The notes beneath the pieces were generated by a model that saw nothing but the letters and a program-made list of their open reading frames with translations, made no database searches and had not been told where the DNA came from. 64,000 nt of DNA, taken from an uncultured Bacteroidota bacterium (GTDB taxonomy: Bacteria; Bacteroidota; Ignavibacteria; UBA10030; UBA8401). The DNA lies in the NCBI GenBank assembly GCA_963717445.1, contig OY970334.1, positions 3,891,406 to 3,955,405 on the forward strand. Direction: 5' to 3'. This document shows positions 40,020 through 49,898 of the stretch, one piece after another (positions within the stretch are counted from its first letter, which is position 1; each line of letters starts with the position of its first letter). The position numbers and the translations under genes are program-made.

Positions 40020-41132
40020 ATGGCTTCTAAGTCAAGGTATTTAAGAGGGAGGGCTATAGTCCCCGAGCCAATCACAAAGGACGTAAGTATTGGCCTGCTC
40101 GTGGATTCCTATTTTCAGGCCTATAATGCCGGTCGATTACGAGAAGCTTGCCAACTTTTTGTGAAAAAGTACCTGGATCCAGACGTTACAATTGGGATGA
40201 CTATCACCGGCGCGCTCACTCCTGCTGGTTTAGGTGGCTCGTGCATCGTGCCGTTAATGAAAGCTGGATTTGTGGATTGGATTGTCAGCACAGGAGCAAA
40301 TTTATACCATGATACACACTTTGCGATCGGAAAAACGCTTCACCAGGGAAATCCTTTTATCGATGATCGGGTGCTGCGCAGGGAAGGCGTGATCCGTATT
40401 TACGACATCTTGTTCGACTATGATGTTCTTCTTTCTACGGATGCGTTTTATCGAAAAATAATAATGTCCGCTGAATTTCAAAAGCCGTTAAGCACTGCTG
40501 AATTCCATTTCAAAGTCGGAAAATACGTTTATGAGCGGGAAAAAGCCTTGGGAATCAAAAGAAGCAGCGTTTTAGCCTCCGCCTATAAGTATGGTGTTCC
40601 AATTTATACCTCTTCGCCAGCAGACAGCTCAATTGGAATGAATGTAGCAGAGCAGCAAATTGCGGGCAATAAGCTTAGCTTTGACACGCTTGCCGACGTA
40701 AATGAGACCGCTTCCATTGTTTTTAATGCAAAAAGAAGCGGTGGAAAGAGCGCCGTGCTGATATTTGGGGGAGGGTCACCCAAGAACTTTATTCTTCAAA
40801 CCGAACCACAAATACAAGAGGTACTGGGTATTGAGGAAAAAGGTCACGACTATTTCATTCAGATCACGGATGCGCGTCCGGATACAGGCGGGCTTTCCGG
40901 GGCAACACCGTCCGAGGCCGTCAGTTGGGGAAAAATTGATCCCGACAAGCTGCCGGATGCGGTAGTGGCCTATTTGGATTCGACAGTTGCAATGCCGATC
41001 CTCACGTCTTATGCGCTTGCAAAACACAAACCGCGAAAGCTAAAACGCCTCATTGATCACAGGGTTGAGAATATTGAGAAGCTGAAAAAGGAATATTTCA
41101 GGGTAAAAGATAAACGAAAGTACGCAACGTAA
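40020..41132 (+). CDS. deoxyhypusine synthase-like protein
   Basis: 370 aa with DHS-like core ([35 protein letters not shown]). Confidence 0.6.
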   Translation: MASKSRYLRGRAIVPEPITKDVSIGLLVDSYFQAYNAGRLREACQLFVKKYLDPDVTIGMTITGALTPAGLGGSCIVPLMKAGFVDWIVSTGANLYHDTHFAIGKTLHQGNPFIDDRVLRREGVIRIYDILFDYDVLLSTDAFYRKIIMSAEFQKPLSTAEFHFKVGKYVYEREKALGIKRSSVLASAYKYGVPIYTSSPADSSIGMNVAEQQIAGNKLSFDTLADVNETASIVFNAKRSGGKSAVLIFGGGSPKNFILQTEPQIQEVLGIEEKGHDYFIQITDARPDTGGLSGATPSEAVSWGKIDPDKLPDAVVAYLDSTVAMPILTSYALAKHKPRKLKRLIDHRVENIEKLKKEYFRVKDKRKYAT

Positions 41133-41187
41133 TAAAAAACTCGTCAGATTTGGTCTGACATAACTCTAACTTTTTGAGGAGGTATCA

Positions 41188-41394
41188 ATGAGCCGCTACA
41201 GTGAACTTGTGGATCTTGTTCATAGTTTTGAGAAAGACTTCATAAAATTTTACGATAAAGGAAACAAATCTGCTGGGACACGTGTCCGGAAGTCAATGAA
41301 TGAACTGAAGAGAAAGGCGCAAGAAATCCGGAAAGAAGTGCAGGAAGTAAAGGCGCAAGCAAAGGACGAAGCTCCCACAACGCCGGCAATGTAA
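41188..41394 (+). CDS. histone H1-like small basic DNA-binding protein
   Basis: 68 aa, Lys/Ala-rich, with YDKGNKSAGTRVRKSMNELKRKAQEIRKE, as in Bacteroidota histone-H1-like proteins. Followed by a strong terminator. Confidence 0.7.
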   Translation: MSRYSELVDLVHSFEKDFIKFYDKGNKSAGTRVRKSMNELKRKAQEIRKEVQEVKAQAKDEAPTTPAM

Positions 41395-41412
41395 TTATTA
41401 ATTGCCTATTTT

Positions 41413-41443
41413 AAAAAAACGGAGGCTATCCTCCGTTTTTTTT
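41413..41443 (+). terminator. rho-independent terminator
   Basis: AAACGGAGG-CTAT-CCTCCGTTT followed by TTTTT. Confidence 0.85.
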
Positions 41444-41525
41444 GTACCTCTCCTGACTCTATTTTGCCGTTAGCGCTTTCCTTACGTATATTTCTAGGGA
41501 ACATATTGTTCAAGAGCTCGTCTAA

Positions 41526-42155
41526 ATGATTGAATCCAATAACATACCGCAGCGGATGGTTAACCAGGCAGTTGTTAGCGTTACCGATTCTTCTCTTGAC
41601 CAGCAGAGTGATGATGTCCTCATCACCCTTTTTCAGAGCGGGGAAGAGGGAGCGTTCCGATTTCTCGTTGAACGATACAGCCAGCGAGTGAGGAATCTGA
41701 TTTATTCAATTTTTAACGAGTCGTCAATTGTTGACGATATAGCACAGGAAGTTTTTATCCGTGTGTATGAAGCGTTGCCGAGGTTTAGGTTTGAATCCTC
41801 ATTTTACACATGGTTGTACCGCATCACTGTCAACAAAAGCCGTGATGAATTGCGGAAAAAGAGGGCGCGAAGGTTTTTTTCTCTCCATTCGATGCTCAAT
41901 GCCTCGAACGCTGAGTTACAATCAAAAATCAGAGTTTTCCCTGAAGATGGTTCGGCAAAAGAACTCGTTAATAAAGGGTTGCAGCAACTTCCCGAAAAAT
42001 TCCGTATTCCGATCATCCTAAAGGATATCGATGGATTGTCATACGAAGAAATGGCGGAGATCATGCAGTGCGAGGTCGGCACGGTGAAATCGCGGCTCTC
42101 GCGCGCACGTGCGATGATGCGCAAGATCTTAACGCCATTGCTTGATGAACATTGA
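41526..42155 (+). CDS. ECF-type RNA polymerase sigma factor
   Basis: Sigma2 (FRFLVERYSQRVRNLIYSIF…DIAQEVFIRVY…YTWLYRITVNKSRD) and sigma4 (LSYEEMAEIMQCEVGTVKSRLSRAR) regions. Confidence 0.85.
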   Translation: MIESNNIPQRMVNQAVVSVTDSSLDQQSDDVLITLFQSGEEGAFRFLVERYSQRVRNLIYSIFNESSIVDDIAQEVFIRVYEALPRFRFESSFYTWLYRITVNKSRDELRKKRARRFFSLHSMLNASNAELQSKIRVFPEDGSAKELVNKGLQQLPEKFRIPIILKDIDGLSYEEMAEIMQCEVGTVKSRLSRARAMMRKILTPLLDEH

Positions 42156-42177
42156 TTGTTAAGGAAGGAACCGCTCG

Positions 42178-42702
42178 ATGAAATCAATTTCTACAAAAAA
42201 ACTGCAAAGGACGCTGTCTCTTTACATTGATGATGCGCTTGACGAAGGGGCCAAAGTCCGCTTTGAGGAATACCTTGCCGGCAATCCCGACGTTGCATCG
42301 GAATTACAAGCATGGAAGGAACAGCGGGAACTTTTGAAATCCAAGCCGGGCGTTCAGCCGAATGAATGGTTTTGGCAAAAGCTCTCCATTCGTTTGGAGC
42401 AACAAGAGAAAAAGCCGGAGACTCTTTATCCGTTCTCCCGGAAGTACCTGCCTCTTGGCGCGACCCTTACCGTGCTTGTCGCTGCATTTGCCGGAGTGTT
42501 AGTATTTCAGCAGAGATTGTTGTTGACGAGATTTTTTTCAGAAAAAAAGGGGCAGGTGCAACAGCTCTACCAGGGAAACATTTTGCAGGGGAAACTGTTG
42601 CCGCTGTTTACCAATCTCAATAAGGATCAAGTTTTGCAGTTTGCGTTGTTCGGAACGCTGCCCCTCGAATGCACAGGCAAAAACCGCATTGCGGGTGGAT
42701 GA
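42178..42702 (+). CDS. putative anti-sigma factor (single-pass membrane)
   Basis: Immediately downstream of the ECF sigma. N-terminal cytoplasmic segment, one TM helix (LPLGATLTVLVAAFAGVLVF), then an extracytoplasmic tail. Confidence 0.6.
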   Translation: MKSISTKKLQRTLSLYIDDALDEGAKVRFEEYLAGNPDVASELQAWKEQRELLKSKPGVQPNEWFWQKLSIRLEQQEKKPETLYPFSRKYLPLGATLTVLVAAFAGVLVFQQRLLLTRFFSEKKGQVQQLYQGNILQGKLLPLFTNLNKDQVLQFALFGTLPLECTGKNRIAGG

Positions 42703-43615
42703 AAGCAAGGAAGACGGTGCCCGCATCGAGTTTGCAAAGAACGAAGCACAGCAACATCCACCGGTAACTGTGGAGCAGTTTTGCAGGGAAATCAACGCGA
42801 CCCCCGCTCAGCACAAATCAGTCGACTCAATCTTGTCGTCGGCAAGAGACAAAATTCAGGAATCCGTTTTCCTGGGGGAGAACAAATCGCTTGCAGTTCA
42901 CGCTGACCTTGCGAAGTTTAACCGAACGATGATGTCGCGTATCGCTGCGAGCCTGGAATTGCCCCAGCAAAAGAAGTTTCAGAAATTTCTCACGATGTCG
43001 CAATCGCCGTACACGTTTGTTATTGCTCACGCCCCGGCGGCAACTGCCCCTCTGCCGGAGCCGCGAATTCCCCGGATACCGGGGATGGAACAATTTGTCA
43101 TCATAACTCCGGACAGCTGTACGATTGCCCGCGTCAAGATCGACTTTCAGCAAATTCAACGCAATGGGGCTTTGTCGGCGCAGGAGGCGAAGTCCATGGA
43201 TGAAAGAGCGCATGCCTTGATTCGGGAATTTGCCGAACACGCTCACGGGCAGAAAAGGGTGAATTCATCACTCAGTATTTTTTCGGGTTCGGACTATTAT
43301 AGCATTAAAGTAGAGAATAATGTTTTAGAACATTCCCCCGATGCTATGCCTTTCGAAGTCATTGCCCGTGCTCCCCGGGCAGTTCAGTTCCAATACGAGT
43401 TGCATCAAATGCCCGGCGTCCAAAAATTTTTTAATGAAGATTCCGAGCCTTCGGACCACATTTTTCAGAATGTTCCTCCCGGCGCATGGAGAAAAAGTTC
43501 AACCCGCGGGCGTGCCATCGACCTTGACTCCATTATCAGCGCTCCGCGGGACAGGAAATCTCAGCGACAACTGGATCAAGGCAAAAAAAGATACGATAAT
43601 CCGTTCGAGCTATAG
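42695..43615 (+). CDS. hypothetical protein, third gene of the ECF sigma unit; possibly a frameshifted C-terminal domain of the anti-sigma factor
   Basis: ORF in a +1 frame overlapping the anti-sigma 3' end. Candidate GTG start at 42695 in a GTGGATGA overlap. Pro/Ala-rich linker (APAATAPLPEPRIPRIPG). Confidence 0.45.
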   Translation: MDESKEDGARIEFAKNEAQQHPPVTVEQFCREINATPAQHKSVDSILSSARDKIQESVFLGENKSLAVHADLAKFNRTMMSRIAASLELPQQKKFQKFLTMSQSPYTFVIAHAPAATAPLPEPRIPRIPGMEQFVIITPDSCTIARVKIDFQQIQRNGALSAQEAKSMDERAHALIREFAEHAHGQKRVNSSLSIFSGSDYYSIKVENNVLEHSPDAMPFEVIARAPRAVQFQYELHQMPGVQKFFNEDSEPSDHIFQNVPPGAWRKSSTRGRAIDLDSIISAPRDRKSQRQLDQGKKRYDNPFEL

Positions 43616-43847
43616 AACATCATACAGCAACGCTGCGATTCTAAAGAAAGAGCAACATCTCTGGAGTGAGTTTGTGTAAAGACCCGCGAATCAATAATTC
43701 TGTATTCGATCAGCAGATCATTGGCACCTTGAAGAATTCAGATGTTACGCGTGGTACGTCATGGCAGGGAAACTTAGGGGCGCCGTTGGTAGAGGATGGG
43801 CTGGAAAATCTCTTTCGAATGTCTTAACGATTCCGTGGCATTTAATG

Positions 43848-43884
43848 AAAAACCCATCACAATGTCTCATGATGGGTTTTTTTA
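43848..43884. terminator. bidirectional rho-independent terminator
   Basis: AAACCCATCA-N10-TGATGGGTT flanked by an A-run and a T-run, between the hypothetical gene (+) and rpsU (-). Confidence 0.8.
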
Positions 43885-44088
43885 TTACATCTTTTCTTCT
43901 GCATCCGCACGCTGCGAGCGCCGAATAGCCTTGACCTTTTTCATCCGTTTTTTCACCGATGGTTTCGTGAAAAACGTACGTTTTTTGAATTCCTTCAATA
44001 CGCCCGACCGCTCGTATTTTTTCTTGAAGCGCTTTAACGCTCGGTCAATCGGTTCATTTTCATTAACAACGATGCCGACCAAAAACAA
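43885..44088 (-). CDS. rpsU: 30S ribosomal protein S21
   Basis: VVNENEPIDRALKRFKKKYERSGVLKEFKKRTFFTKPS is the S21 signature. The exact start is uncertain. Confidence 0.85.
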   Translation of the reverse strand: MFLVGIVVNENEPIDRALKRFKKKYERSGVLKEFKKRTFFTKPSVKKRMKKVKAIRRSQRADAEEKM

Positions 44089-44127
44089 TCACCTCCTCAA
44101 ATTTGCATTACGCTAGAGTAAATCAAA

Positions 44128-44499
44128 TCATTCTGCCGGCAGGTTTTCTATCAAACGGCGCGACCCGAGTTTTTCGAAAGTGACAAGAATTGCCCGTCCG
44201 CCGCTCGACGTTTTTTCCTTTCCCGTGACTTTTCCCATATCGTCCCAATCGGAATGATAAATCAATTCTCCGACCGTATAACTTCGTTCCGGTGAATAAC
44301 TGATGCAGTCTTCTTTGCTGAATTTTATGACGTTATTTTCTGCCGGGCGTTTCAAGGTGTCGATCATTGTGCTGTGATGGCACCGAGTGCATCTGTACCA
44401 CACCTTGTTCCCTTCGCCTTCCATCGAGCCGACAATAGCCATCTTCGCTTCTTTATTACATGATGCACAAAAATGCAAAACGTATTTTGTTTTACTCAT
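44128..44499 (-). CDS. zinc-ribbon hypothetical protein
   Basis: CASC…CTRCHH Cys pairs. Likely starts at the internal Met (MSKTKYVLHFCASC). Confidence 0.45.
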   Translation of the reverse strand: MSKTKYVLHFCASCNKEAKMAIVGSMEGEGNKVWYRCTRCHHSTMIDTLKRPAENNVIKFSKEDCISYSPERSYTVGELIYHSDWDDMGKVTGKEKTSSGGRAILVTFEKLGSRRLIENLPAE

Positions 44500-44779
44500 G
44501 AGTAAAACTCCCTTCACCTTCAAAAATCTTTTGATTCAAAAGAAAAACGTCGTGATGAAAAATTGGCAGGTAAAACAACCTCGAAGAGTTCTGGTCGTCT
44601 GCAATTCATAATTAAAATTAAACAAACAATGCCTCTAAGTCAAGCATATTTTTGGGAGGTTGGTGCTTCTTCCTGCATCTCGCCGCATGCAAATAAAGAC
44701 ATGATGGTATAGTGTTTATCGTTAATCATCCTTGATATTCGACTCATTTTATGGTAAATTCTTTACATAAAGTGGTTTT

Positions 44780-44853
44780 GGGCCCTTAGCTCAGTTGGTT
44801 AGAGCAGCTGACTCATAATCAGCGGGTCGGAGGTTCAAGTCCTCCAGGGCCCA
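44780..44853 (+). tRNA. tRNA with CAU anticodon (Met, or Ile2 read as lysidine-CAU)
   Basis: Manually folded cloverleaf: acceptor GGGCCCU/AGGGCCC with discriminator A; D-arm GCUC…GAGC; anticodon stem GCUGA/UCAGC with loop CUCAUAA; T-arm GGAGG-UUCAAGU-CCUCC. C4-G69 and C5-G68 resemble tRNA-Ile2. No CCA is encoded. Confidence 0.9.
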
Positions 44854-45072
44854 CATTCGGATATTATTATTCTCCCCTTACGGTGTTTTTCGACCAACCT
44901 AAGGTTTTTGTTTTATGGTTACATTCAGCGGGAGTAGAACAAAGGCTTTCCGGGCATCAATAATTTGGTGAGATTAGTTGAAAGGACGATTTTTGCCTTC
45001 ACGAGCGGACGCATTGTCGGCAGATAAGTCCGCTATTTCACAGCGCTTATTAGCAAACAGAGAGATTATTAT

Positions 45073-45828
45073 ATGACGGAAAATGAGAAGGATATGGAAT
45101 TGCTCCGCTCCGATCCCAACTCTCTGATCATAAAATATCAGGAAACCGTTAAAATTATCGTCAAGACGTATATTATCAGGGGGATATTCAAGGCGACTGA
45201 GCTGGAAGATATCGTGCAGGAAGTGAATGCGTCGCTTCTCTCTAAAATTCCCGCAATGCAGTCCCAGTATAGCGGGATGTCTCTTTTCAAAACGTATTTT
45301 TCTGTCATCGTCCGAAATATTTGTTTGAAAGAGCATGCAAGAGCCGGCAGGGAAATTACAGCCGACCAGAAAAACTCCGCAGGTTTCATCGATCCTCGTC
45401 ACAGTGATGAAAAATTTATTTTTGAGCACGAGATACAGAGATTCAAAACAATTCTCAGTCTTTATTACAGTCAACGTCCAAAACTTCTACTCTGTTTGAA
45501 ACTACATTATAGAATTCCGTTGACCCCGGAAGACATCGATGTATGGTATCCGACATGCAGTTCTGAGGACCGAAGCATTTTGTTGGAACATTTTGGTTCA
45601 CGGTTTGATGAGGAGAACGATGCTGAAATTTATAAAATTATTACGCCCATCATGAACAAAAACGAAAACAAATCTAATTCAGTTGACGCCGTGCGGAAAT
45701 GGACTGATTCCAAGATTCACGAAATTGTGGATGTGTTGAATGGAACCCCAAAAAGGCTGAATTACAATGAGGAAGCCTTAAGGACTTTAGTGGATGACTT
45801 TTTTTCTCCATTTTTGCTCGGAAAGTGA
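45073..45828 (+). CDS. divergent ECF-like sigma factor with C-terminal extension
   Basis: Sigma2-like LIIKYQETVKIIVKTYIIRGIFKATELEDIVQEVNASLL…FKTYFSVIVRNICLKEH and sigma4-like RPKLLLCLKLHYRIPLTPEDI. 251 aa, so longer than typical ECF sigmas, and AT-rich by eye. Confidence 0.6.
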   Translation: MTENEKDMELLRSDPNSLIIKYQETVKIIVKTYIIRGIFKATELEDIVQEVNASLLSKIPAMQSQYSGMSLFKTYFSVIVRNICLKEHARAGREITADQKNSAGFIDPRHSDEKFIFEHEIQRFKTILSLYYSQRPKLLLCLKLHYRIPLTPEDIDVWYPTCSSEDRSILLEHFGSRFDEENDAEIYKIITPIMNKNENKSNSVDAVRKWTDSKIHEIVDVLNGTPKRLNYNEEALRTLVDDFFSPFLLGK

Positions 45829-45870
45829 TATATATGTACATGGGCTCAAACCAGACAAAATTTCAGGAGG

Positions 45871-46632
45871 ATGAGCTTGGGTATCATCCGTAATTATAGT
45901 GCAATCGGTCAATATGCTCATCTAAGTGAGGAAGAGCTTGCGATCTATGTTGATGCTCTAAAACTGAATAAGGTAGACTCGTTGCCAGATGCGGTTCTCC
46001 GGCATGTCAGCGATTGTGCAGAATGCAAATCGGAAATTGTTGAAGTTGCATCCCTCATTAATGAAGAATATCTCCTGATAGAGACTCAACCATACTTGGC
46101 CCGGAAAGCCAAGCTAAAAGTTGCAGGATTCTCGATAACGTATCGAATCGCAGCAGTCCTTCTCATCGGAATAAGTCTCAGCGTAATTTTTTTTCTTTTC
46201 CGATTAATGAATGCCGATCGAGGTGGTTTGAACGTCTCACCGGGGTCGATACAAACCGTGCGTCCGGAAACCGGGAAAGGTCCGGCAACAGGAGAGAGGG
46301 GAATGAGTCAACAAGGAATTCTTGCGGACAATTTTTCCGAGTCGCCAAATTTGGAAGATTATGTAAATTCTGCATCCCGGTCGGCTTCCTCCGTCGTCCT
46401 ATCGCCAAACAATGGTGCTGTAGTGCATCGACAAATTAGGTTTGAATGGAAGCCGCAGGGGGTGGGGCCCGTCACAGTAAAAATTCTTTCGAACAAAGAA
46501 AATGTATTGAAGAGCGTTAAGCTCGTAGGGTCAAAATTTCTTTTCACCGAAAAACTTAAGCCCGGTTTATATTACTGGAAGCTCGAAAGCAAAGACGAGT
46601 TGTTGTATGTTGGGAAGTTTTTGGTGAAATGA
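45871..46632 (+). CDS. zinc-finger (ZAS-type) anti-sigma factor, single-pass membrane
   Basis: H-x3-C-x2-C motif (RHVSDCAECK), one TM helix (AAVLLIGISLSVIFFLF), and a 130-aa extracytoplasmic domain. Confidence 0.6.
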   Translation: MSLGIIRNYSAIGQYAHLSEEELAIYVDALKLNKVDSLPDAVLRHVSDCAECKSEIVEVASLINEEYLLIETQPYLARKAKLKVAGFSITYRIAAVLLIGISLSVIFFLFRLMNADRGGLNVSPGSIQTVRPETGKGPATGERGMSQQGILADNFSESPNLEDYVNSASRSASSVVLSPNNGAVVHRQIRFEWKPQGVGPVTVKILSNKENVLKSVKLVGSKFLFTEKLKPGLYYWKLESKDELLYVGKFLVK

Positions 46633-46640
46633 AAGGTCGC

Positions 46641-49600
46641 TCATTTCCCGACAAGAATAAACCCGCTCCATTTTGATGGAAAAGCTGTTGATCGGTGGCG
46701 GATCATTCGTAATTTTGATTTGCGCAATGCTGAAGAAAAGGAGTCTCCTTCAAGCACGTGGCTGTAGAATTCTACCATGAGTGTATTCGTTTGGTTGTCA
46801 AACACCTTCCACAATGAGAAAATGATATTCCGAGCGCCTGAATAAAAGAACCCGCGCGTCATTGCTATCACTCCCTCTCCTTTGACAAACTTTCCTAAGC
46901 CGCTTTCGCAACTGCTGAGAACAAGTAGGTCTGCGTTGAGACTTAAATTATACATCTCGCTGGCGTATAATATGCCGTCTTCGGCGGCCGATGAATTTTT
47001 AGGCTGAGAAAAGAGAAGCATGGAGAGTTGAGGATGTTCTTCATTGATATACCCATGAGTTGCGATATGGATGCAAGAATATTTTCCTACATTCATCTTA
47101 AAATTTTCTTCAGTAGCGCTGTTATACAAGAAACTCGCTCCGTGCATTCCCTTCTGCTGAAAGTTGCCGGCTACTAAAGCAACTTCTTGTTCAGAATACT
47201 TTAATTCGCTGAACCTTTTACCGTCGACAGTAATCGAGCGAAGGGCAGTCGGGCTTTTCTCAAGTGCCTGGGAGTTTGAAAGAAATATTCCATTGCTGTC
47301 GACATCCCGGAAAACAGGCGCAAACCCAACGAAGCTTGGATGATTTCCAGTCGATGAGTCTATTTGGAGAAGTCGGTTTAAGTAAAAAGAAGAGGAGTAA
47401 GAATATGAAATCTCATACGATTTCACCAGATAATCCAATTTTGTGAAGTCGATCTCTTCGTTTAGCCGGTGAGGAATTCGGGTGATGAGGGCTTCAAACG
47501 GAAGATAATACAGCATGCCATCCGGGATGATGACGAGCCTGGTTTTGCCCGCCAATGTTTTTGCCAATGGACGGACGAGAAGATCGTACAGATCGCTTCC
47601 GGTTCGCACATATTCCGACACCCCAACGGTTTTTATTGCCTGGTAAAAAGTCGATGTAAGACTGTTGAAATTTGCCGGAATCGGAACTGCAAGAACATCA
47701 AACGACGACTTCGTGATCGTAAAAATCGCGAGTGAAGTTCTGCCGATAAAATACTCGATGACAGCTGTTTTTTTATCGATCGCATCTTGTATGTCACGAA
47801 TTGTTGCCGTATGACTTTTGTACTTTAACTCATAATAGTGCGGGTAAACATTCTCAAGGAGCGCCGACAATTTCTGCGATTCATTGTTAAGAGCGAAGCA
47901 CTTGTCCTGCAGTAAAATAATTTTTGTGCTGTCTTTTCCTTCCTTTTTGTCGTTTTCTTTCTGGAGTTGAGTTTCGTTATAGGCTAGATCGATCTTTAAC
48001 ATTCTCTCCTTCTCGATGATAGAGTCGGGAATGTTGGCGAATCGTTTTGCTTCAGAATCGTGAAGGCCGTCGAGTAATACGTTTGCCTTGCTGTTTTCCG
48101 CAAAATAGAAGGCCGATTCCTGGTAACGCGGATCTCTCGTGGCGTTAAATAACTTCAAGCTGGCGCGAACTGCATTTTGAAATAACGAGTAGCTTTGTTC
48201 TTCAAGGAATAGTTTTGAACTCTCGGTAGTAATTTTTTTTCTCAGCTCATTGAGAATTGTTACGGTGCAATCATATGTTGCAAGGCTAGCTTGCAGGTCT
48301 TTCAAGGCATGAGACTTGTACGCATAATATTTTTCTAACGCCAGCGCCTTTACCGAAAGTATCTCTATGAGATCTTTGCTGTTTGCAATGCTGCATTCTT
48401 TTGGGTTAACGTAAATTGATGTGTCTGTAAATTCCTGTAATAGTGCATTTGTTGATTGTTGATAATACTTTAACGCTGCAGTAAAATTGTTTAAATGTAA
48501 ATAAACATCTCCCAAGCCTTTTAATGTCGCAGCTAGCTGGGGCCGGTTTGGATCGGGCAAATTGTTGTGAAGGTGAAGAGCCTTGTTGTAATACTTGAGT
48601 GCTTGATCGAAATTGTTCATTTTCGAATAGACCAAACCAATTTCCGAGTAGAGGTTGGGAATGTCGCTTCGATCATATGATTCTTTTAAGCGCGAACGTA
48701 TTCTCAAAGCTTCTTGCAAATATTTTAATGAAACGGCATACTCGCCACGCTTCCTATAGATATTGCCTAATATTTCATATGTGAATGCCAGTTCTGGATG
48801 ATCCTTTCCTGTTATTTTCCGCTGAAGGGTCAATGCGCCTTTAGATAAAAGAATGGCGTTGGCTAAGTCATTCTTATCTGCATAAACCGATCCTAACTGT
48901 CTCGTTTCTAATGCAACGAATGAATGATTGCTCCCCACATATTTCTTCTCTAATGAGATGGCTTTCTGGTAAAATTCTATTGACTTATCAAAATCACCCT
49001 CGGTTTCGTATAACCTGCCTAACTTCGAGTAGCAACTAGCAAGATATAAATTATCTTCTCCCAAAATGTTCCGATAAAGCTCTACGGCTTTAGTAAGGTG
49101 TAAGATCGCCTGATCGCTCTCGCCCTTTTCTGAGAAGACCCATCCGATCAGGTTTTCGCAATCCGCAGTGACAGAGGCATATTTTCTTTCACTATTGTTG
49201 GTGAGTGAATCTGCACGTTTGAAATAGCTCAAAGCAGAATCAAATTCACTTCTCAAAAAAAATACAAGTCCGATTCCCGAAATAGTAATCACCCGATTAA
49301 ATTGATCACTGTCATTTTGAACATTGTATATTCGTAATGCGTTGTTGAAAGGCTCAACTGCTTGGTCATAATTGCCTTTTTTCATATTTGCAATACCTAA
49401 CAGGTAATTACTTGCTGCGACGTATTTATGATCCTTTCCTAATTTGTTTTCTCTGATTTTCTTACCCTTCAAAATATTTTCAATCGCTAGATCAAATTTC
49501 TCCCTATCGATATATAAAAGGCCAATGATACTGTATGTAAGCGCGCATTCGAGATTATCCGGTTGCAGATTTTGTTCTTCTACATCTCGAGCCCGATGTA

Positions 49601-49898
49601 AAATCGCTTCCATCGAATCGAGGGCGACTTTTCTCGACAGGCAGTCCGCAATAATGTTCAAGCAATGGACATATCGTTCCCAACTTTTTGTTTTCTCAAA
49701 AATTTTAGCGGCTTTTTGGAGATCGATGATAGAACTGTCGTACTCTACTTGAAGATAAAATTCCATCGCTTGTTTGACGAGAATTTCCGCTTGCGCGGTG
49801 TCCTCCGGCGCCGGTTGCGCATGGCAATATTGTGCAATCAGGAATATGCTTGCAATGGACGCACTTCGAAGAGAGTATGTTCCGAAAATACTTCTCAT
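46641..49898 (-). CDS. secreted TPR-repeat protein with C-terminal CHAT (caspase-like) protease domain
   Basis: 1085 aa. N-terminal signal peptide (MRSIFGTYSLRSASIASIFLIAQYCHAQ). Many TPR-like repeats (…A…Y…G.Y..A). C-terminal CHAT with His (CIHIATHGY) and Cys (LVLSSCESGLG) dyad. Confidence 0.8.
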   Translation of the reverse strand: MRSIFGTYSLRSASIASIFLIAQYCHAQPAPEDTAQAEILVKQAMEFYLQVEYDSSIIDLQKAAKIFEKTKSWERYVHCLNIIADCLSRKVALDSMEAILHRARDVEEQNLQPDNLECALTYSIIGLLYIDREKFDLAIENILKGKKIRENKLGKDHKYVAASNYLLGIANMKKGNYDQAVEPFNNALRIYNVQNDSDQFNRVITISGIGLVFFLRSEFDSALSYFKRADSLTNNSERKYASVTADCENLIGWVFSEKGESDQAILHLTKAVELYRNILGEDNLYLASCYSKLGRLYETEGDFDKSIEFYQKAISLEKKYVGSNHSFVALETRQLGSVYADKNDLANAILLSKGALTLQRKITGKDHPELAFTYEILGNIYRKRGEYAVSLKYLQEALRIRSRLKESYDRSDIPNLYSEIGLVYSKMNNFDQALKYYNKALHLHNNLPDPNRPQLAATLKGLGDVYLHLNNFTAALKYYQQSTNALLQEFTDTSIYVNPKECSIANSKDLIEILSVKALALEKYYAYKSHALKDLQASLATYDCTVTILNELRKKITTESSKLFLEEQSYSLFQNAVRASLKLFNATRDPRYQESAFYFAENSKANVLLDGLHDSEAKRFANIPDSIIEKERMLKIDLAYNETQLQKENDKKEGKDSTKIILLQDKCFALNNESQKLSALLENVYPHYYELKYKSHTATIRDIQDAIDKKTAVIEYFIGRTSLAIFTITKSSFDVLAVPIPANFNSLTSTFYQAIKTVGVSEYVRTGSDLYDLLVRPLAKTLAGKTRLVIIPDGMLYYLPFEALITRIPHRLNEEIDFTKLDYLVKSYEISYSYSSSFYLNRLLQIDSSTGNHPSFVGFAPVFRDVDSNGIFLSNSQALEKSPTALRSITVDGKRFSELKYSEQEVALVAGNFQQKGMHGASFLYNSATEENFKMNVGKYSCIHIATHGYINEEHPQLSMLLFSQPKNSSAAEDGILYASEMYNLSLNADLLVLSSCESGLGKFVKGEGVIAMTRGFFYSGARNIIFSLWKVFDNQTNTLMVEFYSHVLEGDSFSSALRKSKLRMIRHRSTAFPSKWSGFILVGK

